From Eubacteriales bacterium (GTDB taxonomy: Bacteria > Bacillota > Clostridia > Oscillospirales > CAG-382): a stretch of DNA of 64,000 nt. The DNA is taken from assembly GCA_045538555.1 (NCBI GenBank), contig JAZSRP010000049.1, positions 65,476 through 129,475 on the forward strand, in the 5' to 3' direction. Below are positions 1-7,783 of this stretch, one piece after another. The notes under the pieces are model-generated. The model did not search any database. It was not told where the DNA came from and saw only the letters and a list, made by a program, of their open reading frames with translations. Both the position numbers and the translations under genes were made by a program. The stretch's first letter is position 1. Each line of letters opens with the position of its first letter.

Positions 1-51
1 TAGCTTCACCTGCCGATTTCGCACAGAAATTAAAGTGACTGAAAGAACAAA

Positions 52-516
52 TTACTCTTTATCGCAGCAGCAGTCGCACTCTTCTTCGGCAACAACCTTC
101 AAAACCTTGCCGCAGGAGGGGCACTCAAGCTCCTCAATTTTGTCAAGATCACACTCGTCAATGTAGACGGGTTCGTTGCAAGCAGGGCACTCCAACTCAA
201 CGCAGCTGCAATCGCAGCAATCGCAGTCATCGTCTTCACAATCGCAACAATCACAATCATCATCGTCGCAATCACAGCAATCGCAGTCATCGCAACAATC
301 AAGAAGTTCTTCCTCAACTGCGCCCAGATCCTCATCGATCTCTTCGATGTAGTCGTTGAGGGTGCTGGTCTCGTCCTCGAGATCAAGAATAGAGAGGGAA
401 ATATCCTCAAGCAGGTCTGCCATGGCAGCAAGAACCTTGCCTTGGCCGGAGGTAGTATCAATCTCCATGCCTTCAATAAGCCCTTTGATGTATGCGGCTT
501 TTTCGGAAATGTTCAT
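52..516 (-). CDS. Cys/Asp-rich small protein with C-terminal double CxxC zinc ribbon
   Basis: ORF 52..633 trimmed to the internal ATG at 514-516 (MNISEKAAYIKG...), which has a GGAG a few nt upstream. About 30 residues are almost only C and D, followed by CPAC...CPSC. Confidence 0.7.
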   Translation of the reverse strand: MNISEKAAYIKGLIEGMEIDTTSGQGKVLAAMADLLEDISLSILDLEDETSTLNDYIEEIDEDLGAVEEELLDCCDDCDCCDCDDDDCDCCDCEDDDCDCCDCSCVELECPACNEPVYIDECDLDKIEELECPSCGKVLKVVAEEECDCCCDKE

Positions 517-544
517 GTCAAAAACTCCTTTTGGATCAGATGGA

Positions 545-1102
545 TCAAACGCGCTCAAGATACTCGCAGGTACGGGTATCGATCTTGATAACGTCGCCTT
601 CGTTGATAAAGATGGGAACTTTAACCTCGGCACCGGTCTCGACGGTAGCGGGCTTGGTAACGTTGGTGGCAGTGTTGCCTCTTACGCCGGGCTCGGTTGC
701 GGTGACCTCAAGCTCCACAAATGTGGGGGGCTCAACGGAGAACACTTTGCCCTTGTAGGACATAAGGCGGCAGGTCATGCCTTCTTTTACAAACTTGAAG
801 CTGTCGGGAAGCTGCTCAGAGTTGAGAGGAACCTGATCATATGTCTCAGGATCCATGAAGTAGTACAGGTTGTCATCATTGTAGCTGTACTCCATATCTT
901 TTCTTTCGATGATAGCAGCGGGGAATTTTGCGGTGGGGTTGAAAGAAGTTTCAATAACCGCACCGGAAATAACGTTTTTCATTTTTGTTCTGACAAAAGC
1001 AGCGCCTTTGCCGGGTTTTACGTGCTGAAACTCAACGACCTGCATGACAGCGCCGTCCAATTCAAAGGTAATGCCGTTTTTGAAATCGCCAGCAGAAATC
1101 AT
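545..1102 (-). CDS. efp: translation elongation factor P
   Basis: 185 aa. [10 protein letters not shown]...[16 protein letters not shown]... is a typical EF-P sequence. AGGAGG lies upstream of the ATG. Confidence 0.95.
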   Translation of the reverse strand: MISAGDFKNGITFELDGAVMQVVEFQHVKPGKGAAFVRTKMKNVISGAVIETSFNPTAKFPAAIIERKDMEYSYNDDNLYYFMDPETYDQVPLNSEQLPDSFKFVKEGMTCRLMSYKGKVFSVEPPTFVELEVTATEPGVRGNTATNVTKPATVETGAEVKVPIFINEGDVIKIDTRTCEYLERV

Positions 1103-1153
1103 ATTATGTCCTCCTTATGTCCGCAGTATGCGGATACAAATTTTCTACCTTAT

Positions 1154-1182
1154 ATTTTATAATACAAGTCGATGTTTGTCAA
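1154..1182 (-). promoter_or_regulatory. sigma-70-like promoter for efp
   Basis: On the minus strand: TTGACA (1182-1177), 17-nt spacer, TAAAAT (1159-1154). Confidence 0.5.
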
Positions 1183-1189
1183 GTCCTTT

Positions 1190-2269
1190 TTACAGACACA
1201 TCATCTCTCGTGGGCTGGTGGTGAGGTTTTCACAGCCGTTTTCGGTGACCAGCACCATGTTTTCGATCCTGACGCCGTATTTTCCGGGAATGTAAATGCC
1301 CGGCTCCACAGTGACCACGTTTCCCGAAACCAAAACGTCGGAGCTTCTCGGGGAGAGCGAGGGAAGCTCATGGATCATAAGCCCCAGTGAGTGCCCCAGA
1401 GAGTGACCAAAGCAGGAGCCGTATCCGGCATCGGAAATAATGTCTCGTGCCACCTTGTCTGCCTCTGCACAGGCAACACCTGCTTTTATCACCTTCATCG
1501 CTTCGCTTTGGGCAAGAAGCACGGTGTTGTAGATGTTTTTCATTTCCTCATCTGCTTTGCCCAAAACCACGGTTCTGGTCATATCTGAGCAATAACCCTG
1601 ATATTTTGCGCCGTAATCCATGGTGAAAAATGAATTTTGGGTCAACAGCGAATCCGTGGGAACGCCGTGAGGGAGCGAGCTGTTCTTTCCCGAGACAGAA
1701 ATGGTGTCAAAAGCCATACCCGATGCGCCGTGTGCTCTCATAAAATACTCAAGCTCTGCCGCAACCTCGATTTCGGTTCTGCCGTTATTGATAAAAGTGA
1801 GAATATGCTCAAAAGCACTGTCAGTGATGCTCTGGGCTTTTTTTATCTTTTCGATCTCGGCATCGGTTTTTACCCTCCTGTATTTCAGTACCACGTCGGA
1901 CATGGTGCCAAACTCCACGGAGGGGCAGCTTTCTTTCAACTTTTCCAACTGCAAAACAGTAATGAGTGCAGGATCGATGCACACCCTTTTTGCGGAGTTT
2001 GCGGCAAAATACTCGCTGATCACATCAAAAAGACGCTTTGAAAAAAGCTGAGGAACTACATCATCCGAGAGCTCACCTGCTTTTTTTGCATTTTCTGCCG
2101 CCTCGATGTACCGTGAATCAAGCAGAACCAGTGTCTCGTCCTTTCCGACAATCACAGCACCGTCGGTGGAAAAGAAATCACTGAGGTAATAACAGCTCAC
2201 CTCATCAAGAAACAAAGCGCAGTCAAACCCGCCTTGCTGTATTTCGACAAAAATCTTTCTTCCGTTCAT
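1190..2269 (-). CDS. M24 family Xaa-Pro aminopeptidase/dipeptidase
   Basis: ORF 1190..2536 trimmed to MNGRKIF at 2269, where GGAGG lies 5 nt upstream. The C-terminal half has M24 metal-ligand motifs (HGVPTD, GYCSDMTRT, GHSLGLMIHE, VEPGIY). Confidence 0.85.
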   Translation of the reverse strand: MNGRKIFVEIQQGGFDCALFLDEVSCYYLSDFFSTDGAVIVGKDETLVLLDSRYIEAAENAKKAGELSDDVVPQLFSKRLFDVISEYFAANSAKRVCIDPALITVLQLEKLKESCPSVEFGTMSDVVLKYRRVKTDAEIEKIKKAQSITDSAFEHILTFINNGRTEIEVAAELEYFMRAHGASGMAFDTISVSGKNSSLPHGVPTDSLLTQNSFFTMDYGAKYQGYCSDMTRTVVLGKADEEMKNIYNTVLLAQSEAMKVIKAGVACAEADKVARDIISDAGYGSCFGHSLGHSLGLMIHELPSLSPRSSDVLVSGNVVTVEPGIYIPGKYGVRIENMVLVTENGCENLTTSPREMMCL

Positions 2270-2319
2270 CGGTACCTCCATTGTTTGCAGTAGTAATATT
2301 TTCGTTTTTTTCAAAAAAC

Positions 2320-2518
2320 AAAAAAATCTCTGTCCAAAAAGCGCAGACAGAGCATATGGTATCATTGGTGTATGCGGATATGCACCCGACATGCACTCTC
2401 GTGCATGCAAAAAACTGCACGGCACGATAGCTTGAGGAAGAGTGATGTGCTGACTTTTGCATATGAAATCTCTGTGAAACAGCACAAAAACGGCATTTTC
2501 CTCATCACGGCTTTTGAT
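2320..2518 (-). ncRNA. candidate ~200-nt leader or small RNA bracketed by a promoter and an intrinsic terminator
   Basis: Minus-strand TTGACA (2553-2548), 17 nt, TATACT (2530-2525). Terminator stem is CTCTGTC (2352-2346) with GACAGAG (2334-2328), followed by a T-run. No convincing ORF or RBS inside. Confidence 0.3.
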
Positions 2519-2574
2519 GTGATGAGTATATACCAATATCTGGGATATGTCAACAGTTTTTTGTTAAAAACCTA

Positions 2575-2603
2575 TTGAAAAACAGGTGCTGATGTGCTAA
2601 AAT
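2575..2603 (+). promoter_or_regulatory. sigma-70-like promoter for the oxidoreductase gene
   Basis: TTGAAA (2575-2580), 17 nt, TAAAAT (2598-2603). Confidence 0.5.
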
Positions 2604-2650
2604 TTGTATACCAAAGTATATCCAAAAATACAATTTCGGAGGATGAACTT

Positions 2651-3712
2651 ATGTCAAAAATCAAGGTTGCAATTATCGGTTGCGGCTGCATTGCCAACAG
2701 TGCGCACATTCCTTCATATCTGGCAAACGATGAGGTGGAGATCAAGTATTTCTGTGATATCATTCCCGAGCGTGCACAGGAAGCGGTTGAAAAATATGGT
2801 TGCGGCATTGCTATTACCGATTATCACGATATTCTTACCGACCCCGAGGTGGAGGCGGTTTCTGTATGTACTCCCAACAAAATGCACACCGAGATCACTA
2901 TTGACTGCCTCAATGCAGGCAAGCACGTTCTGTGTGAAAAACCCGCTGCACGCACCTATGAGGAAGCAAAGCTCATGCAGGACGCACAGCACAAGAGCGG
3001 CAAAGTCCTCAACATCGGCGTTGTCAACCGTTTCAATGCGGCTGTTAACAAGCTTCGCGAGATGATCCTGGCGGGTGAGCTTGGTGAGATTTATCACGTG
3101 TACGTCAGCTTCCGTGCTCATCGTTCCATTCCCGGACTGGGCGGTGCCTTTACTACAAAATCCATCGCAGGCGGTGGCGTTCTCATCGACTGGGGCGTTC
3201 ATTATCTTGATATAGTTATGTATTGCACCGGTGATCCCACACCCAAGACCGTTTCTGCAAAAGCATTTTCAAAGCTTGGCGTTGATATGCCCAACTACGT
3301 TTATGAGGGAATGTGGTCCGAGAATACAAAGGATCTCAACGGCACCTATGATGTTGACGATTTTGTCACCGGATTTGTCCGCACAGAGGGTCCCACCATC
3401 ACGTTCAACGGCGCATGGGCACAAAATATCGGCGTTTCCGAGACGTATATTGACTTTATCGGCACAAAGGCAGGCGCGCGCCTCAATTACGGCGGAGATT
3501 TTACGGTTTATACCACTGCCTGCGGCGGCCTCGTAAACCTCAAGCCCAAATTCACTCCCAATGAGCACTTCAAAGAGGAGATCAACGGATTTATACGTTC
3601 TGTCAAGACCGGTGAAAAGCTTGCCTCACATATCGACACTGTAATCGTTACCGCAAAGATGATGCAGGCAATGTATGATTCTTCCGAGCAAGACAAGGAA
3701 ATTGTTCTCTGA
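2651..3712 (+). CDS. Gfo/Idh/MocA family oxidoreductase
   Basis: Trimmed to MSKIKVAIIGCGCIANSAH with GGAGG upstream. Has a Rossmann GxGxxA N-terminus and the EKP motif (LCEKPAA). Confidence 0.85.
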   Translation: MSKIKVAIIGCGCIANSAHIPSYLANDEVEIKYFCDIIPERAQEAVEKYGCGIAITDYHDILTDPEVEAVSVCTPNKMHTEITIDCLNAGKHVLCEKPAARTYEEAKLMQDAQHKSGKVLNIGVVNRFNAAVNKLREMILAGELGEIYHVYVSFRAHRSIPGLGGAFTTKSIAGGGVLIDWGVHYLDIVMYCTGDPTPKTVSAKAFSKLGVDMPNYVYEGMWSENTKDLNGTYDVDDFVTGFVRTEGPTITFNGAWAQNIGVSETYIDFIGTKAGARLNYGGDFTVYTTACGGLVNLKPKFTPNEHFKEEINGFIRSVKTGEKLASHIDTVIVTAKMMQAMYDSSEQDKEIVL

Positions 3713-3730
3713 TTTTCAATGATTTTCAAC

Positions 3731-3764
3731 AAAAAACGCTTCTCCGGCTGAGAAGCGTTTTTTT
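3731..3764. terminator. bidirectional intrinsic terminator between convergent genes
   Basis: Stem CGCTTCTC (3737-3744) with GAGAAGCG (3750-3757), flanked by an A-run and a T-run. Confidence 0.8.
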
Positions 3765-3781
3765 AGTTCAAAATCATTCTG

Positions 3782-4321
3782 TTAGTTCAAAATCATTCTG
3801 TTTTTTCTGAGAGCGTAAATAATGGGCGGGATAATCAGTAGCTGCACAATGATACCGGGCAACGCCGTAGTAAAAGCACCGGCCAAAAAAGAAGAAAAAC
3901 CAAAGCTTGTATTGCGGATACCTGCAATCAAAAACCTAACAGCGCCCCATGCGCCTCTGCCCGCAAGCATTGCGGTAATGAGGGCAAGATAATGCCAAAC
4001 CAGCTTTTTGGGCAGAGCGCGGTAAAGTGCGCCTGCCACAAATCCGTACGTTGCCAGCTCAAAAGCCATGGCAACGGCATCCGGCATCATGGCGGGAAAC
4101 CCAAACATGGTGGATCTGAGCAACGGTGCACTTGCGCCAATAACCAATCCCCATCCCTTTCCGCAAATAAATCCGCACAAAAGCACAGGAATATGCATTG
4201 GGGCAAACATTTTTCCTGCCTGGGGTACAGATCCGAGCAAAAAGGGAAGGAGTATTGCAAGAGCCAAAAACATTGCAGAATATACCAAACGAACCAGATT
4301 TGTGCTGGCAGATTTTTTCAT
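3782..4321 (-). CDS. ECF transporter S (substrate-capture) component, substrate unknown
   Basis: 179 aa starting MKKSAS, about 6 TM helices, glycine-rich small membrane protein typical of ECF S units. No riboswitch seen in the short leader. Confidence 0.6.
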   Translation of the reverse strand: MKKSASTNLVRLVYSAMFLALAILLPFLLGSVPQAGKMFAPMHIPVLLCGFICGKGWGLVIGASAPLLRSTMFGFPAMMPDAVAMAFELATYGFVAGALYRALPKKLVWHYLALITAMLAGRGAWGAVRFLIAGIRNTSFGFSSFLAGAFTTALPGIIVQLLIIPPIIYALRKNRMILN

Positions 4322-4411
4322 AGAACACCTCGGCAATTATCTTGACTGCATTATAGCATCAACGAAAAAAAAAAACAATAAAATGTGGAAAAAAACAGAG
4401 AAAAATGTTTC

Positions 4412-4440
4412 TTGACATATTGGCAAAAGGGATATATAAT
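4412..4440 (+). promoter_or_regulatory. consensus sigma-70 promoter
   Basis: TTGACA (4412-4417), 17 nt, TATAAT (4435-4440). Confidence 0.65.
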
Positions 4441-4469
4441 TTTTTCAGTAAAGTCTGGAGACGATGATT

Positions 4470-5666
4470 ATGAAAAATATTTTGGGCATACTTCTTGCCT
4501 TGCTCATGCTGACATCAATTCTTTGCTCCTGCGAGGATCTGAAAAATGAGGATGACTTTTCCATTCCTACTCTTACTATTCCCGAGGAGTATTCTCAGGT
4601 GAGCGAGGTTTCGGAGGAGCCGGTTTCGACGGTTATTACCGAGTACAAGGATCACGGCGTTCCACTCAAGGAGCGTTATCCCGACGACACCGATACCGCA
4701 CGCAACGTGTGGGATCTGGCTGTGCTTGACGGTTATCTGTACGTGGGGTGTGGTGATTTTGATACAAACGCCGGCCCATGCGACGTGTGGAGGATGGACA
4801 CTTCCACAGGAGAATGGCAGTTGTCCGGAACCGTCAACGATGAGCAGATCAACAGGTTTGAAATGATCGGCGGTTCTTTGGTTATCCCCGGCACGGATCC
4901 AAAAGGAAATTGGAGCCATGGCTCGCACTATCAGCACAACGGCACGGAGTGGCAGGAGATACGTACCATACCCGGCGGTGTTCATGTATTTGATATGATG
5001 ATGTTTGATGGAAAAATATTTGCGGGCCTCGGTGCTCTCGGCGCTGATTCTGCAGCCGCCGTTTCCCTTGACGGAGGGGAGAGCTTCAGCCCGGTTTCCT
5101 TTGTCCGCGACGGAAAGCCCTTTGACGTTTCCGACCACACCATCAACCGTGTATATGACCTTTTTGAAGTAAACGGAACTCTCTACGCACTGTACTGCAA
5201 TGATACCGAAACAAACCTCATCTTCCGCTATAACGGGCGTGAATTTGAATATGATTGCTCCTGGAGATACAAACTGATTTCCACCGGCCTGTGGTACGTG
5301 CCCATCGGGGACAAAACGCTGTATGGTACTGAGCAGTATATTGCCGCCGGATACTTGTATCGAGTATCAGAAAAAGCAGAAGATATCACATTTGTGCAGA
5401 TACCCGATGTTGAGCGTGTATGGGATGTTTTGACTTATGACGGCGTGATGTACGTACTGGGCGACCGCCTCACTGCAAAAGGATATGAGACGGTTGTGGT
5501 CTCCACCACTGACGGCAGTGAGTTTGAGGATGTTGCGCGGCTTCTTACCGGAGTGCCTGCACGCAGCTTTGCTTTTGACGGAAACTCTTTTTTCTTTGGA
5601 CTGGGAAACTTTGAGGATACAGGGGCTGACAGTGGAAGAATTATTTCTGCGGAGGTGATCAAATGA
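4470..5666 (+). CDS. lipoprotein, probable beta-propeller fold, function unknown
   Basis: The second ATG is chosen because GGAG lies 9 nt upstream. Signal peptide with lipobox LCSC. Repeated G-x-hydrophobic-Y/F blade-like segments. Confidence 0.7.
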   Translation: MKNILGILLALLMLTSILCSCEDLKNEDDFSIPTLTIPEEYSQVSEVSEEPVSTVITEYKDHGVPLKERYPDDTDTARNVWDLAVLDGYLYVGCGDFDTNAGPCDVWRMDTSTGEWQLSGTVNDEQINRFEMIGGSLVIPGTDPKGNWSHGSHYQHNGTEWQEIRTIPGGVHVFDMMMFDGKIFAGLGALGADSAAAVSLDGGESFSPVSFVRDGKPFDVSDHTINRVYDLFEVNGTLYALYCNDTETNLIFRYNGREFEYDCSWRYKLISTGLWYVPIGDKTLYGTEQYIAAGYLYRVSEKAEDITFVQIPDVERVWDVLTYDGVMYVLGDRLTAKGYETVVVSTTDGSEFEDVARLLTGVPARSFAFDGNSFFFGLGNFEDTGADSGRIISAEVIK

Positions 5667-6625
5667 GGATAAAAACAAGCATCACCGCAATTTTCCTTGT
5701 GATCTTCTTTGCTTTTTCGCTTTTCTCCTGCCAAGAACCAGTTTTGACGGGAAGCGGAGAGGTTTCGATCCCCGTGCCTGAACATTCGGATGGGCAGTCG
5801 CTACCCCAGCCGGAAGTGATCTATCTTGTCACAAAAGAAATCAAGTACGGAAAATTTATGAGAGTGGAGAGCACCACAACCTATGAGTATGACGACCAAA
5901 ACCGAGAGGTTGTCCGCAGAGTGTACGACTCCTTTGGAGAACTGTCCGGAGGTGTGCTGACCGAGTACGATTCAAAAGGAAACGTCACTGTGGAGACTCA
6001 CAAGGATGACCTTTGGCGTACCTCGCGAACCGATAAGTATTTTTATAACGAAGACGGAAAAATTTCCAAGCAGAATACCTATGCGGCAAACGGAGCGCTG
6101 TGGTACGTGCTGTCCTATGGATACGACAGCTTCGGGCGCAAGATAATGACCCATTATGCTGACGGAGTGGGAAATACACTGTATACCATCGAAAATATCT
6201 ATGACCCCACGGGCAACTATGTTGCAACGTTCCGCCAGATCAGCGGTGCCTCAAAAAGAGCCGAGTGCGACGGAAACGGAAACATCTACGTACAGGAGGA
6301 TTTTGACCCTGAGGGGAATCTTACTTACCGTACTACATACAAGTACGATGAGTCAAAAACAAACCGTGTTTCTGCAGTGACAGAATACGGAGACGGGACC
6401 TACGAGGAGTTGGATTATTTTTATAACGAAAACGGAATCATACAACATATCAATTACACCTGGATGACGGGCGAGCCCATCAGCAGGCATGTATATGAGT
6501 ATGATGAACACGAAAACCTCCTGTGTGAAAAAACCGTAAATATGGCGGGAGTTCCCTCTGAGATGACGGTTTTGGAATACACTGCAGTAGAGCTTGACAC
6601 CGTGTTTTTGTCCATAGAAAACTGA
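5663..6625 (+). CDS. lipoprotein with YD/RHS-like repeats
   Basis: ATGA overlap with the upstream gene. Lipobox LFSC. Repeated YxYDxxG/N motifs (YEYDDQN, YGYDSFGR, YKYDESK, YEYDEHEN). Confidence 0.7.
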   Translation: MRIKTSITAIFLVIFFAFSLFSCQEPVLTGSGEVSIPVPEHSDGQSLPQPEVIYLVTKEIKYGKFMRVESTTTYEYDDQNREVVRRVYDSFGELSGGVLTEYDSKGNVTVETHKDDLWRTSRTDKYFYNEDGKISKQNTYAANGALWYVLSYGYDSFGRKIMTHYADGVGNTLYTIENIYDPTGNYVATFRQISGASKRAECDGNGNIYVQEDFDPEGNLTYRTTYKYDESKTNRVSAVTEYGDGTYEELDYFYNENGIIQHINYTWMTGEPISRHVYEYDEHENLLCEKTVNMAGVPSEMTVLEYTAVELDTVFLSIEN

Positions 6626-6635
6626 AATTTAAACA

Positions 6636-6685
6636 AAAAAACAGGAGTTGCCCTTAATAATGAGGACGGCTCCTGTTTTGTTGTT
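6636..6685 (+). terminator. intrinsic terminator
   Basis: ACAGGAG (6641-6647) pairs with CTCCTGT (6670-6676), then a T-rich tail. Confidence 0.55.
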
Positions 6686-6699
6686 TGTATGGTCAACAT

Positions 6700-6730
6700 A
6701 AAAAATCGGTACGCCCTGAGGGCGTACCGA
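6700..6730 (-). terminator. intrinsic terminator of the surface-protein gene
   Basis: CGGTACGCC (6707-6715) pairs with GGCGTACCG (6721-6729). The minus strand has a T-run after the stem. Confidence 0.75.
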
Positions 6731-6755
6731 AAATCAAATTGTCGTAAAAAACGTT

Positions 6756-7559
6756 TTATCTGCGGGTTCTGATAACAACAGCAGAGCCTGTGATAGCAAC
6801 AAGTGCAATGATTGCAAATACGATAGTGCTGATTCCGTCATCGCCGGTGGGAGCTGCAGAAGTCTCGTCAGCAACGGGAGCGGATGTCTCGTCAGCGGGC
6901 TTGGACTCGTCAGCGGGCTTGGACTCGTCAACGGGCTTGGACTCGTCAGCGGGCTTGGACTCGTCAACGGGCTCAGAGGTCTCATCAACTACTGCATCGG
7001 GATCTGCATAAACTTCAACTTCGTTGAGGAATACAAAAACGCCCTTTGCGATGGTGTAAGAGAATCTGACATATCTTCCCTCAGCAGGTTTGGTGGAAAG
7101 CTCCATCCAAACACCGGAGGTAGAATCATCAACAGGATCAAAGGAACCAACAGTGGTAAATTTCTTTCCGTCATTGGAAACAGAAACAACTACTGCAGAG
7201 GGGTTGCCGATACCGGAAACACCGGGAGGGCAGATGTGAGTGCGGAACTTGTTGAGTCCCTTTGTGACTTTACCAAGGTCAATGGTAACGTCACCGATTC
7301 CGCCGGGTGCGTTGCAATCGGGGGAGTCGGGGTTATCAACGTGGTAATAGAAACCAAACCAAGTGCTGTCATAAAGCAGATCAGCGGGGGCCTCACCGTC
7401 GGTCAGGTTTGCAGAATACACCTGATAACCTTTGCCGGAGCCGGAGATGGTGTAGGACTTGTTCTTGGAAACAAGAGTGCTTGCAGCGGATGCGTTGAGA
7501 GCAAACACCATGGGGATGGTAAGCAGAGCTACCAAAAGAATAGCAACAAACTTTTTCAT
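6756..7559 (-). CDS. secreted surface protein: signal peptide, probable discoidin/carbohydrate-binding-like domain, acidic repeat linker, C-terminal sorting-signal-like tail
   Basis: N-terminal signal peptide (ALNASAAS), (DESKPx)n linker, then the tail AAPTGDDG, a hydrophobic helix and RTRR. Confidence 0.8.
   Translation of the reverse strand: MKKFVAILLVALLTIPMVFALNASAASTLVSKNKSYTISGSGKGYQVYSANLTDGEAPADLLYDSTWFGFYYHVDNPDSPDCNAPGGIGDVTIDLGKVTKGLNKFRTHICPPGVSGIGNPSAVVVSVSNDGKKFTTVGSFDPVDDSTSGVWMELSTKPAEGRYVRFSYTIAKGVFVFLNEVEVYADPDAVVDETSEPVDESKPADESKPVDESKPADESKPADETSAPVADETSAAPTGDDGISTIVFAIIALVAITGSAVVIRTRR
6897..6968. repeat. 4 x 18-bp in-frame tandem repeat (encodes DESKPA/V)
   Basis: GGGCTTGGACTCGTCA(G/A)C is repeated four times head to tail. 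Confidence 0.9.
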
Positions 7560-7713
7560 TTCAATACTCCTTATATTTTTTGATATTTTATTATATCATC
7601 GCAAAACTTTTTTGTAAAGATATTTTTTGTTATTTTCTCATGTTTTTATCAAAAAAATTCAATAAGAATAAACAGTTTTGCGCTTATTTGTACAAAACCG
7701 TTTGAGACCTCTT

Positions 7714-7748
7714 GCAAAAAAACTCCCCCGACATTGCATCGGGGGAGT
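7714..7748 (-). terminator. intrinsic terminator
   Basis: CTCCCCCG (7723-7730) pairs with CGGGGGAG (7740-7747). The minus strand has a T-run after the stem. Confidence 0.8.
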
Positions 7749-7783
7749 CGGCGTCAAAAATTATTATTCAACAACTCCTGCGG

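Noticed and set aside
356-1162. 268-aa plus-strand ORF spanning efp and the Cys/Asp gene
   Set aside because: It is entirely antisense to two minus-strand genes, one of which (efp) is unambiguous. It has no RBS and a low-complexity mirror-image composition.
4322-4411. Riboswitch upstream of the ECF S-component gene
   Set aside because: The leader is only a few tens of nt, AT-rich, and lacks any conserved aptamer blocks that I know.
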